A stretch of 59,526 bases of DNA, taken from positions 1 to 59,526 of the forward strand of contig JBDLHX010000002.1 in the NCBI GenBank assembly GCA_039715165.1, in the 5' to 3' direction. Under the pieces are notes generated by a model. The model was not told the origin of the DNA. It saw only the letters and a list, made by a program, of their open reading frames with translations, and ran no database searches. The stretch's first letter is position 1, and each line of letters starts with the position of its first letter. The DNA comes from Actinomycetota bacterium. Its GTDB lineage: Bacteria; Actinomycetota; Acidimicrobiia; Spongiisociales; UBA5794. Below, one piece after another: positions 11,556 through 19,564 of this stretch. Position numbers and translations under genes: made by a program.

Positions 11556-13631
11556 ATGGGCAGACTCGGACTGCGGCTGCGACGCCGCTTCGGTTCGAAC
11601 TCAGCTGTGGGTGAAGCGGCAGACATGCCGGAACGGCCGATCGGCCGGTACGTGCTCGCGCTCGCTCTCATCGGCGTTCTCTCCGTCCTCTCGACCATTG
11701 TCACCTCCCGAGCGCTCGGGGCGCAGGAGCAGGACTCCACGGTCCTCGAATACGGGCTGCGACAGGGATATCTCGCCTCGAGAGTGAGCGATCTGTCCCA
11801 GCAGGCAGTCAAGGGGAGTTCGGCTCCGCTGCAGGAGGAACTCGCCGCGGGCCTCGCGGAGATCGAGTACATGCACGACGTGTTCCTTAACGGGGACGCA
11901 GAGCTCGGCATACCGGCGCTGAGCGGAACAGCAGTCGAGAGATTCCACACCGACGCCGACGCAGAGTTCGAGAGCCTCAAGGCGGCGACGCAGAAGGTGC
12001 AGCAGATCCTCCGCGACCGCGGAAGGCCGTCTGAGGCCGCAGCCGATGCGGTTACGGCGGCCGGGGCAGGGTACGGCCTCGCGATGCAGCAGGTCGTTGC
12101 GTCGTACCTTCGCGTGTCGGGGGAGCGAACGATTGCCCTGCAGCAGACCGAGTACTTCCTGCTCATCGCAACGCTCGTGCTCCTCGTCCTCGAAGGCCTG
12201 TTCCTCTTCCGCCCCGCGGTCCGCAACCTGAAGCAGTCGTGGAGGGAGAGCAGCGAGGCTCATCGCTTCGAACGAGAGCTCGATCAGCAACGCCTCAACT
12301 ACCTTGCCCGCTACGACCCGCTCACGGGCCTCATCAACCGGACGCTCTTCTCCGACCGCCTCGAGAGCGCCGTGTCCCGCGCACGACGCGACGGTTCGGT
12401 GGTCGCCCTCATGTTCCTCGACCTCGATGGCTTCAAAGAGGTCAACGACCGACTCGGCCACGCCGTTGGAGATGCCCTCTTGCGTCAGGCGGCCGAGCGG
12501 CTCGTCGGCTGTGTGCGAGAGTCCGACACGGTTGCCCGCCTTGGCGGCGACGAATTCACGGTCATCCTCGAGGGGGGCCAGCGGGTGGAGGATGCCGGCC
12601 AGGTCGCAACGAAGATCCTGAGGGCTCTCGCGACTCCCTATCGGGTCGGCGGCGACGAACTCGTCGTCACGACGTCGATGGGGATCGCGGCATATCCGCT
12701 CGACGGCGACACGGCCGAGGATCTCCTCAAGGGCGCCGACATCGCCATGTACAGCGCGAAGGACGCGGGCCGCGACACGTACCAGTTCTACACGAGCGAG
12801 CTGCGGGAGCGCACGACACAGCGACTGGCGCTCCTCGATGGGCTACGCAAGGCAATCGACGCGAACGAAGGGCTCTCTCTCAAGTACCAGCCGAAGGTCG
12901 ACACGGAGCGGCGAACGGTGATCGGCGTTGAAGCCCTCCTGCGATGGAACCATCCCGAGTTGGGGACGATCCCGACGCAGGAATTCATCACCCTCGCTGA
13001 GGAATCGGACCTCATCGTCCCGCTCGGGCAGTGGGTGCTCGATCATGCCTGCCTCCAGATGCGTGAGTGGATCGACGCCGGGCTGCCCCCGATGCGCATG
13101 TCGGTCAATCTGTCGTCCCGCCAGTTCCGTGCCGGGAACCTCGTTGAGACGGTTGTGGCCTCCCTTGCGGCCGCCAAGCTCAACCCCCGATTCCTCGATG
13201 TTGAGCTCACCGAGGGGGCGTTGTTGAGCGATCTCGAGGAGACCCGGCGAGCCCTCGAACGGCTGAGGGAGCTCGGCGTGACCGTGAGCATCGACGATTT
13301 CGGAACTGGGTATTCGTCGCTCGGATACCTGACCCAACTCCCGATCGATACCCTCAAGATCGACCGGTCTTTCATCACCGGCGGGCTCACGAACCGAGAC
13401 GGCATCGCGGTGTCATCGGCGATCATCGGGCTGGCCCGCAACCTACGCCTCGACGTGATCGCGGAGGGTGTCGACTCGGAGGAGCAACTCCGTTTCCTCG
13501 GCGAACTCGGCTGTACCCGAGTGCAGGGGTTCCTCATCGCCCGGCCGCTCGACGATGACGCGTTCCCGGGATTCGTCGACCAGTACGTGAACGAGACCGC
13601 GGCGGCCCCGCCGGGCATCGACGGTCGGTAG
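11556..13631 (+). CDS. membrane sensor diguanylate cyclase/phosphodiesterase (GGDEF + EAL)
   Basis: RESD-x5-GGDEF (I-site plus A-site). EAL motifs EALLRW, DDFGTGYSSL, KIDRSF, EGVD. The N-terminus has two hydrophobic segments flanking a helical region. Start uncertain (TTG 11517, ATG 11556 or ATG 11625). Confidence 0.9.
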   Translation: MGRLGLRLRRRFGSNSAVGEAADMPERPIGRYVLALALIGVLSVLSTIVTSRALGAQEQDSTVLEYGLRQGYLASRVSDLSQQAVKGSSAPLQEELAAGLAEIEYMHDVFLNGDAELGIPALSGTAVERFHTDADAEFESLKAATQKVQQILRDRGRPSEAAADAVTAAGAGYGLAMQQVVASYLRVSGERTIALQQTEYFLLIATLVLLVLEGLFLFRPAVRNLKQSWRESSEAHRFERELDQQRLNYLARYDPLTGLINRTLFSDRLESAVSRARRDGSVVALMFLDLDGFKEVNDRLGHAVGDALLRQAAERLVGCVRESDTVARLGGDEFTVILEGGQRVEDAGQVATKILRALATPYRVGGDELVVTTSMGIAAYPLDGDTAEDLLKGADIAMYSAKDAGRDTYQFYTSELRERTTQRLALLDGLRKAIDANEGLSLKYQPKVDTERRTVIGVEALLRWNHPELGTIPTQEFITLAEESDLIVPLGQWVLDHACLQMREWIDAGLPPMRMSVNLSSRQFRAGNLVETVVASLAAAKLNPRFLDVELTEGALLSDLEETRRALERLRELGVTVSIDDFGTGYSSLGYLTQLPIDTLKIDRSFITGGLTNRDGIAVSSAIIGLARNLRLDVIAEGVDSEEQLRFLGELGCTRVQGFLIARPLDDDAFPGFVDQYVNETAAAPPGIDGR

Positions 13632-13658
13632 CCGAAGCCGTCCACCTAGCGTTTCCTC

Positions 13659-15257
13659 ATGATCCTTGTCCGTGACGTCGCTATCGATGCCGGTGCGCGG
13701 CGCCTGCTTTCAGGCGTCTCGTTCTCCGTGCAGTCGGGGGACAAGATCGGGCTCGTCGGCCCGAATGGGGCCGGCAAGACGACGCTGCTCCGCACGCTTG
13801 ACGGCTCTCTCGAGCCTCCGGAAGGCTCGATCGTGCGCAGCGGGACGATCGGGTACCTGTCGCAGGAAGCCGCTCTCTCCGACATCGACGACACCGACCT
13901 CACGGCCCTTGAACGCGTGCTCATGGCACGCGATATCGGGGCAATCGAGCGGGAGATGGAGGACACGCGGCGGCGAATGGAGAACACCGATGGAGCGGAT
14001 CGCGACCGTCTTATCCGCCGCTTCGGCCGGCTCGATGACGAGTTCACCGTTCGGGGAGGCTATGTGGCGAAAGCGGAGGCGAAGCGGTTCGCCTCGGCGC
14101 TCGGAATCGGCACCGCTGAGCTCGACCAGCCGGTGGCGACCATGTCGGGTGGGCAGCGCAGGCGCGTTGAGCTTGCCCGCATCCTGTTCGCCGGGACAAC
14201 GACGCTGCTCCTCGACGAACCGACGAACCACCTCGATCTCGATGCGAAGGCATGGCTCATGGCATTCCTCGCCGAGTACGAAGGCGGGCTCCTCATCGTC
14301 TCACACGATCTTCCGCTTCTCGACGAGTCGATCACATCCGTGCTGGCCGTCGAGGGCGGCAGGACCGATCCGTTTCGCGGCAACTACTCGTACTACATCG
14401 ACGAGCGGGAACGCCGGCGGGAGCAGCGGATCCGCGAGCGGCGACAACAGGAGGCGAAGATTGCCCGCCTCGAAGAGGGCATCCGGCGCTTCAAGGGCAC
14501 GACCGAGAAGATGGCGAAACGCGCCCGGACATGGGAGACGCGGGTCAAGAGGATCCAGGACGAACTCGTCGACGTTCAGAAGGAACGCAAGGGAGTCGCG
14601 CTGCGCTTCCCGCAGCCGGAGCGCTCCGGGCGCACCCCCCTGCGCGCCGAGGGGCTCGCGAAGGCGTATGGCCACAACGTCGTGTTCGTGGACGTCGACG
14701 TGGACGTCGACCGCGGGGAGCGTCTCATCATCATGGGTCTCAACGGTGCGGGGAAGACGACGCTTCTCAAGATCCTTGCCGGCGTCGAGTCGGCCGACCT
14801 CGGCTCCGTTGAGGCGGGGCTCCGGGCGGCGCCCGGGTACTACGCCCAGGAACACGAGGACATCGTCGTGGGTGTGACCGTTCTCGACCTCATGCGGGGC
14901 GCCAGTCGCCTCCCTGATCGCGATCTGAGGACCGTGCTCGGCCACTTCCTGCTCGCGGACAAGACCGATCAGGACGCCGGGACCCTTTCGGGTGGTGAGA
15001 AGACGAAGCTCGCCCTCGCCCGACTAGTGGTTGCCGGGCACAACGTGCTGCTCCTCGACGAGCCGACGAACAACCTCGATCCGCAGGCCAAGGACGCGCT
15101 GCTCAAAGCCCTCAGGCAGTACGAGGGGACGCTCGTCCTCGTGAGCCACGACACGGACTTCGTCGGCGCTCTTGAACCGGACCGCGTCATCCTGCTCCCC
15201 GACGGTGAACACGCGTACTTCGACGAGTCGATGCTGGAGCTCGTGGCGCTGGCGTAG
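13659..15257 (+). CDS. ABC-F family ATPase (two ABC cassettes, no TM domain)
   Basis: Two Walker A motifs (GPNGAGKTT, GLNGAGKTT), two signature motifs (MSGGQRRR, LSGGEKTK) and a charged inter-domain linker. Confidence 0.9.
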   Translation: MILVRDVAIDAGARRLLSGVSFSVQSGDKIGLVGPNGAGKTTLLRTLDGSLEPPEGSIVRSGTIGYLSQEAALSDIDDTDLTALERVLMARDIGAIEREMEDTRRRMENTDGADRDRLIRRFGRLDDEFTVRGGYVAKAEAKRFASALGIGTAELDQPVATMSGGQRRRVELARILFAGTTTLLLDEPTNHLDLDAKAWLMAFLAEYEGGLLIVSHDLPLLDESITSVLAVEGGRTDPFRGNYSYYIDERERRREQRIRERRQQEAKIARLEEGIRRFKGTTEKMAKRARTWETRVKRIQDELVDVQKERKGVALRFPQPERSGRTPLRAEGLAKAYGHNVVFVDVDVDVDRGERLIIMGLNGAGKTTLLKILAGVESADLGSVEAGLRAAPGYYAQEHEDIVVGVTVLDLMRGASRLPDRDLRTVLGHFLLADKTDQDAGTLSGGEKTKLALARLVVAGHNVLLLDEPTNNLDPQAKDALLKALRQYEGTLVLVSHDTDFVGALEPDRVILLPDGEHAYFDESMLELVALA

Positions 15258-15277
15258 GCCAGTCGCAAGACACAAGT

Positions 15278-15322
15278 AGCAAGACACAAGACCCCGGGCT
15301 CGTTTCGGTCTTGGTGCTTGCT
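15278..15322. terminator. imperfect hairpin between convergent genes (possible bidirectional terminator)
   Basis: agcaagacacaagacc (15278..15293) against ggtcttggtgcttgct (15307..15322). This gives 6 + 6 bp helices around a 4x4 internal loop, with a 13-nt apical loop. It includes one copy of a duplicated 12-mer gcaagacacaag. There is no clean U-tract. Confidence 0.45.
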
Positions 15323-15331
15323 CCTCGTCGA

Positions 15332-15964
15332 TCACCTTCTCGATTCGGACGTGTCGATGAGGATTCCCGATTCATCCAGGACGGCTGCGAGGGTCGACTG
15401 GTTGCTCGTGCTCGTGAAGGTGATGAAGAGCTGGGTTGGGCTCTCGAACCGGAGACCCACGACGTATCCGGGCTTCGGCGTCGCCCAGAGCACGCGTAGC
15501 TCGTCGCCTACGGCGGCGAGGGATGCTGAGCCACCGGTGACGTGGGTGACGGCGACATCGGAGATCGTCTGAGAGACGGGGAGGGCGTCGCGGTCGATGC
15601 CGGCCGTCTCGCTCGGCTCGAGGGTGTCGTCCACCGGCGTGGCAGGCTGGTCTGCGGACGCTCCCCCTGGTCCGGCTGGTTCGTCGTCCCCAGTCGGGCC
15701 GGTCGTCTCGCTGCCACTCCCCACGATGGTGCTTTCGACGGTTGACTCGGTGCCGCCGGAGGCATGGGGCCCGCTCAAATCGAAGTGCGCCATCGTTTCG
15801 TCGACAGGGAGGGCTGCAACCTCTGCTGCGGTCAACGGGCGGAGCGGCCGATCTAACACTTGGCCGCCCGCCGCGGCGACTGCACCTGAGGCCACGACTC
15901 CTGCTCCGACGGCTGCAACAATCCAGCCGGCGACCAGGAGGAGTCTCTGCCGCATTGGGGCCAT
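15332..15964 (-). CDS. hypothetical membrane-anchored/exported protein
   Basis: N-terminal TM helix (LLLVAGWIVAAVGAGVVASGAV), an acidic/Thr/Pro-rich linker, and a C-terminal beta-rich region. No motif recognised. The overlapping alternative ORFs are Arg-rich with no recognisable domain. Confidence 0.55.
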   Translation of the reverse strand: MAPMRQRLLLVAGWIVAAVGAGVVASGAVAAAGGQVLDRPLRPLTAAEVAALPVDETMAHFDLSGPHASGGTESTVESTIVGSGSETTGPTGDDEPAGPGGASADQPATPVDDTLEPSETAGIDRDALPVSQTISDVAVTHVTGGSASLAAVGDELRVLWATPKPGYVVGLRFESPTQLFITFTSTSNQSTLAAVLDESGILIDTSESRR

Positions 15965-16029
15965 GGTGTACTACTTCCGCTTTCGGCGTTGCCAACGAAC
16001 CATTAAGGAATTGCTAAGAAGCGTCCTGC

Positions 16030-16725
16030 GTGGGACAGTGTGGTGTGGCATCGATCGTCATCATCGAGGACGAACAGCGAATTCGTGCGCTCATGACGAG
16101 CGTACTGGCCGAACGCGGGTACGAGGTTGCCGCCTCGGCAACGGCGCTCGACGGCCTTCGAACGATCGTCGATCAGTCGCCGGATCTCGTGATCCTCGAC
16201 CTCGGCCTCCCCGATCTCGACGGGATGGAACTTCTCAAGATGATCCGGGCGGTCACGGACGTGCCCGTCGTCGTTGCATCTGCGCGTGGGGAGGATCGGG
16301 ACATCGTCGGCACGCTCAACCTCGGTGCAGACGACCACCTTGTCAAGCCGTTCTCGATCGAACAGCTCGAGGCGAGGGTTCGCGCCGTCCTGAGACGGGC
16401 GAGTGCCGCATCGTCGGATGATCGGATAACCGTCGGCGCTCTCGTGGTCGACCCCAGCGCCCGAGAGGCGACGCTCGACGGTGAGCAGCTCCAACTCAGC
16501 CCGAAGGAATTCGATCTCCTCACCTACCTGGCGACGAGAGCAGGGGACGTCGTGTCGAAGCGGGAGCTGCTCGCCGAGGTGTGGCGTCAGCCGTGGGGAG
16601 GCAGCGACAAGACCGTCGACGTTCACCTGTCGTGGCTGCGCAAGAAGCTCGGGGAGTCGGCAGCGGAGAGCCTTTACATCCACACTGTGCACGGTGTCGG
16701 CGTCAAGCTCGTGGAGCCGGCATGA
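16030..16725 (+). CDS. OmpR-family response regulator
   Basis: Receiver domain (IVIIEDE...DLVILDLGLPDLDG...KP) plus winged-helix output (LSPKEFDLLTYL...VDVHLSWLRKKL). GTG 16045 is an equally likely start. Confidence 0.9.
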   Translation: MGQCGVASIVIIEDEQRIRALMTSVLAERGYEVAASATALDGLRTIVDQSPDLVILDLGLPDLDGMELLKMIRAVTDVPVVVASARGEDRDIVGTLNLGADDHLVKPFSIEQLEARVRAVLRRASAASSDDRITVGALVVDPSAREATLDGEQLQLSPKEFDLLTYLATRAGDVVSKRELLAEVWRQPWGGSDKTVDVHLSWLRKKLGESAAESLYIHTVHGVGVKLVEPA

Positions 16726-18056
16726 GACGCCGTCTCGCGTTGTTGTCGCTCGCCGTCTCATCGCTCGTCGTGGTGGCGTTCCTCGTCCCCCTCGGCATCC
16801 TCATGAGGAACCAGGCGGAGAACAGCGCCCTGACCCGCGGCGAACGGTTCTCGCAGTCGGTCGCTGCGTCTCTCGCCGTCGCCGGATCGTCTGAGACAGG
16901 ACCGGGGGTGTCTCCGGAGCTTGCGACCATGGTCTTCGACGCATTCGGTGGGCCGTCGAGCACGTCGGTGATCTTCCCGGACGGAGAGGTTGTGGGAATG
17001 CCGACCGAGATCTCTCCGAACATCGAGCGGGCACAGGCCGGGGCAGCGTTCACTGCTCGCGTGCCCGGAGGAGCCGAGGTGCTCGTCCCGGTACTCGCCG
17101 CCGACTCGCCGGCGTCGGAAGACACCGTCGTTGTGAGAACGTTCGTGTCGGATGCGGAGCTCACAGAGGGCGTGATCCAAGCGTGGGCGATGATCACCGC
17201 GCTCGGCATCTTCCTCATCGCTGTCGCGATGGCCGCTGCCGATCGCCTCGGGCAGTCCATCGTGAGGCCGGTCACCGAACTGTCGCGTGCGGCGCACCAG
17301 CTCGGCGGGGGCGATCTCGACACCCGAGTCGAACCGGCGGGGCCAGAGGAGATCGCCGAAGTTGGAGAGGCATTCAACATCCTCGCCGGCCGACTCGACG
17401 ACCTGCTCGAAGCTGAGCGGGAGTCCGTGGCCGATCTGTCGCACCGGCTCCGAACACCGCTGACCGCACTCCGGCTGCAGGCCGAGACCGTTGCCGACCG
17501 AGAGGACGCGGCAGCCCTCCTCGCGGACATCGATCAACTCGAAGTAGCCGTTGACACGATGATCGCGGAGGCGAGGCGCGAATCGGGGGGAGCGGACACC
17601 ACGATGACCGCCGACGTGGGTGAGGTTGTCGCTCACCGGTCAGCGTTCTGGCAGGTGCTCGCGGACGAACAGGGGAGAGCGACTTCGCTGATCATCGATC
17701 CTGGTGAGCATCGGGCTCCGGTGCCGCCGGACGAACTCGGAGCACTCATCGACGTGCTCATCGAGAATGTCTTCGGTCACACGCCGCAAGGCGCCGGATA
17801 CCGGATCCGCGTCCGTTCGCTCTCCGGTGGGCGATCCGAGCTGAGCGTTGAGGACTCCGGACCCGGCTTCGAAGCGCTGAGCGCCGTTCGCCGCGGCCAG
17901 AGCACGAGCGGATCGACCGGGTTGGGACTCGACATCGTTGCTCGAACGGCAGAACGATCTGGAGGGTCGGTCCGCATCGGAGAGGCGGCGAGCGGCGGAG
18001 CGCTCGTGTCGGTCGTATTCGGACCCGTTGAGCAGACCTCGGCGCCTGCCTCTTAG
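16722..18056 (+). CDS. sensor histidine kinase (TM-sensor-TM-HAMP-HisKA-HATPase)
   Basis: The ATG at 16722 overlaps the RR stop. H-box ADLSHRLRTPLTAL, N-box IDVLIENVFGHT, G-box GSTGLGLDIV. Confidence 0.88.
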   Translation: MRRRLALLSLAVSSLVVVAFLVPLGILMRNQAENSALTRGERFSQSVAASLAVAGSSETGPGVSPELATMVFDAFGGPSSTSVIFPDGEVVGMPTEISPNIERAQAGAAFTARVPGGAEVLVPVLAADSPASEDTVVVRTFVSDAELTEGVIQAWAMITALGIFLIAVAMAAADRLGQSIVRPVTELSRAAHQLGGGDLDTRVEPAGPEEIAEVGEAFNILAGRLDDLLEAERESVADLSHRLRTPLTALRLQAETVADREDAAALLADIDQLEVAVDTMIAEARRESGGADTTMTADVGEVVAHRSAFWQVLADEQGRATSLIIDPGEHRAPVPPDELGALIDVLIENVFGHTPQGAGYRIRVRSLSGGRSELSVEDSGPGFEALSAVRRGQSTSGSTGLGLDIVARTAERSGGSVRIGEAASGGALVSVVFGPVEQTSAPAS

Positions 18057-18709
18057 GAACCGGCGACGACCCAACCTTCGAGACCCGGTTTCGATCGGTC
18101 TTCGGCAACGAGGCCGGTTGCTGAGCCATCGACGGCGATCGCCTCGGCCTCGGCCCAGATTCCCGCATCGACAGCGACGCCGGTGCGAACGTGGCCCGCC
18201 GAGCCCCACTCGACGTAGTCGACGATCGCGTTCGAATCGCCGAATTTCCCGCTCGAGTAGAGCCCGATCTCACCCGACGATCTGTCCAGCGGTGGGAGCA
18301 GCTCTGCCGCTGCCACAACGAGCTCCGGGTCGGCATCCTCTGCGATGCTCACGATGAGAACGTCCCCCGGAACGAGAACAGTGGATGGGAGCTCGAGGTA
18401 GTACGGGTGAACGGCGAGCCAGTAGCCGGTGAGATCGCCCGGATCCGGCCCGAGGTTCCCCACCTCGATCGTGGCTGCTGCGCCGAACGTGACGTCTCCG
18501 AGTACGAACACCGCCCTGCCGGTCACGATCGTGGTTCCGGCGGTCATTGAAGTCGTGGTCTCCGGCGCTGTGTCGGGGCTCTCGGAGGCAATGGTGCTGG
18601 AGCCAGGTGCCGTCGGAGCGGGAGTGCCGTCGGCGTCCGGAGTGGTTCCGCCGTTGGTGCAGGCGGAAGCAACCAGTGCGAGAACGAGGACCGCGCGTCT
18701 CAGTGCCAC
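18053..18709 (-). CDS. lipoprotein with lamin-tail-domain (LTD)-like fold
   Basis: GTG at 18709 gives VALRRAVLVLALVASAC (lipobox). LTD-like pattern DLTGYWL...LP...LVPGDVLIV...GEIGLY...IVDYVEWG. The longer ORF reaching 18874 is Ser/Arg/Cys-rich with no recognisable domain and overlaps the upstream gene. Confidence 0.6.
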   Translation of the reverse strand: MALRRAVLVLALVASACTNGGTTPDADGTPAPTAPGSSTIASESPDTAPETTTSMTAGTTIVTGRAVFVLGDVTFGAAATIEVGNLGPDPGDLTGYWLAVHPYYLELPSTVLVPGDVLIVSIAEDADPELVVAAAELLPPLDRSSGEIGLYSSGKFGDSNAIVDYVEWGSAGHVRTGVAVDAGIWAEAEAIAVDGSATGLVAEDRSKPGLEGWVVAGS

Positions 18710-18719
18710 GGTGGCCAGA

Positions 18720-19526
18720 CTATCGCTCCTCCGGCAAGTGCACGGCACGCTGGTCGGGAGTGAAGAGCGTCCGAGTGAGACCGAGCGAGACGGTGCTCGT
18801 CGCGATGGCGACCGAGCCGAGCACGAGGTACATGACAACGATCTGGACCCGCACCGCCTCGATCGGATCGACACCGGCGAGGATCAGGCCGGTCATCGCT
18901 CCCGGAAGGAACACGATGCCGACGGCTTTTGTCGTCTCGATCTGAGGGATGAGAGCGGTCCGCAACGCGGACCGGAGGTGGGGGCGGAACGCATCCATGG
19001 CTCGGAAGCCGAGGGCGAGCCTGACCTCGATGAGCCCGCGGCCCTCCTTGAACTCAGCGACGATTCGTGTTGCCACGAGAACCGTCGCCGTCATGGAGTT
19101 CCCGATCATCATGCCGGAGAGGGGGACCAGGGTGCGGGGCTCGAGGGGGAAGATTCTCAGGCCGAACAGCAGCCCGAGGATGACGATCGACGTGACTCCG
19201 AATGCCAGGAGGGCGAGGAGCCAGACTCTTGGCACCTCCGGTGCCCGGCGTCTCACCACGTCGGCTGCGAACGGGACCATCGCGGCGACCCAGGCGACGG
19301 ACCACCAGAGCGACCGTTCGGGCTGGAGGAGGAACGCCAGGACGACGCCGACGAGGAGGAGTTGAACGAGCGCCCGAACCGACGCCCACAGGATCTGCCG
19401 GTCGAGTCCGAGCCGCTGCCACAGCGACAATGCCACTGCGACGACCACGAGTGACGATGCGAGAGCGAGGCCTGGGAAGGAGATGTCACCGGTCACAGGT
19501 CCCAGTATCGACGAAGTGTCAAACAT
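18720..19526 (-). CDS. FetB/YbbM-family (UPF0014) ABC-type permease
   Basis: 268 aa, polytopic. Conserved PLSGMMIGNSMT and LIPQIETTKAVGIVFLPGAMTGLILAG. Confidence 0.8.
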   Translation of the reverse strand: MFDTSSILGPVTGDISFPGLALASSLVVVAVALSLWQRLGLDRQILWASVRALVQLLLVGVVLAFLLQPERSLWWSVAWVAAMVPFAADVVRRRAPEVPRVWLLALLAFGVTSIVILGLLFGLRIFPLEPRTLVPLSGMMIGNSMTATVLVATRIVAEFKEGRGLIEVRLALGFRAMDAFRPHLRSALRTALIPQIETTKAVGIVFLPGAMTGLILAGVDPIEAVRVQIVVMYLVLGSVAIATSTVSLGLTRTLFTPDQRAVHLPEER

Positions 19527-19564
19527 GCGAGAATCGGATCGAACAAGCGACGAAGGGGACCGCC

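Noticed and set aside
15258-15331. Duplicated 12-mer gcaagacacaag (15265..15276 and 15279..15290), considered as a possible regulatory direct repeat.
   Set aside because: It is only two copies lying between convergent gene ends. It is more simply part of the imperfect terminator-like hairpin and is reported there with low confidence.
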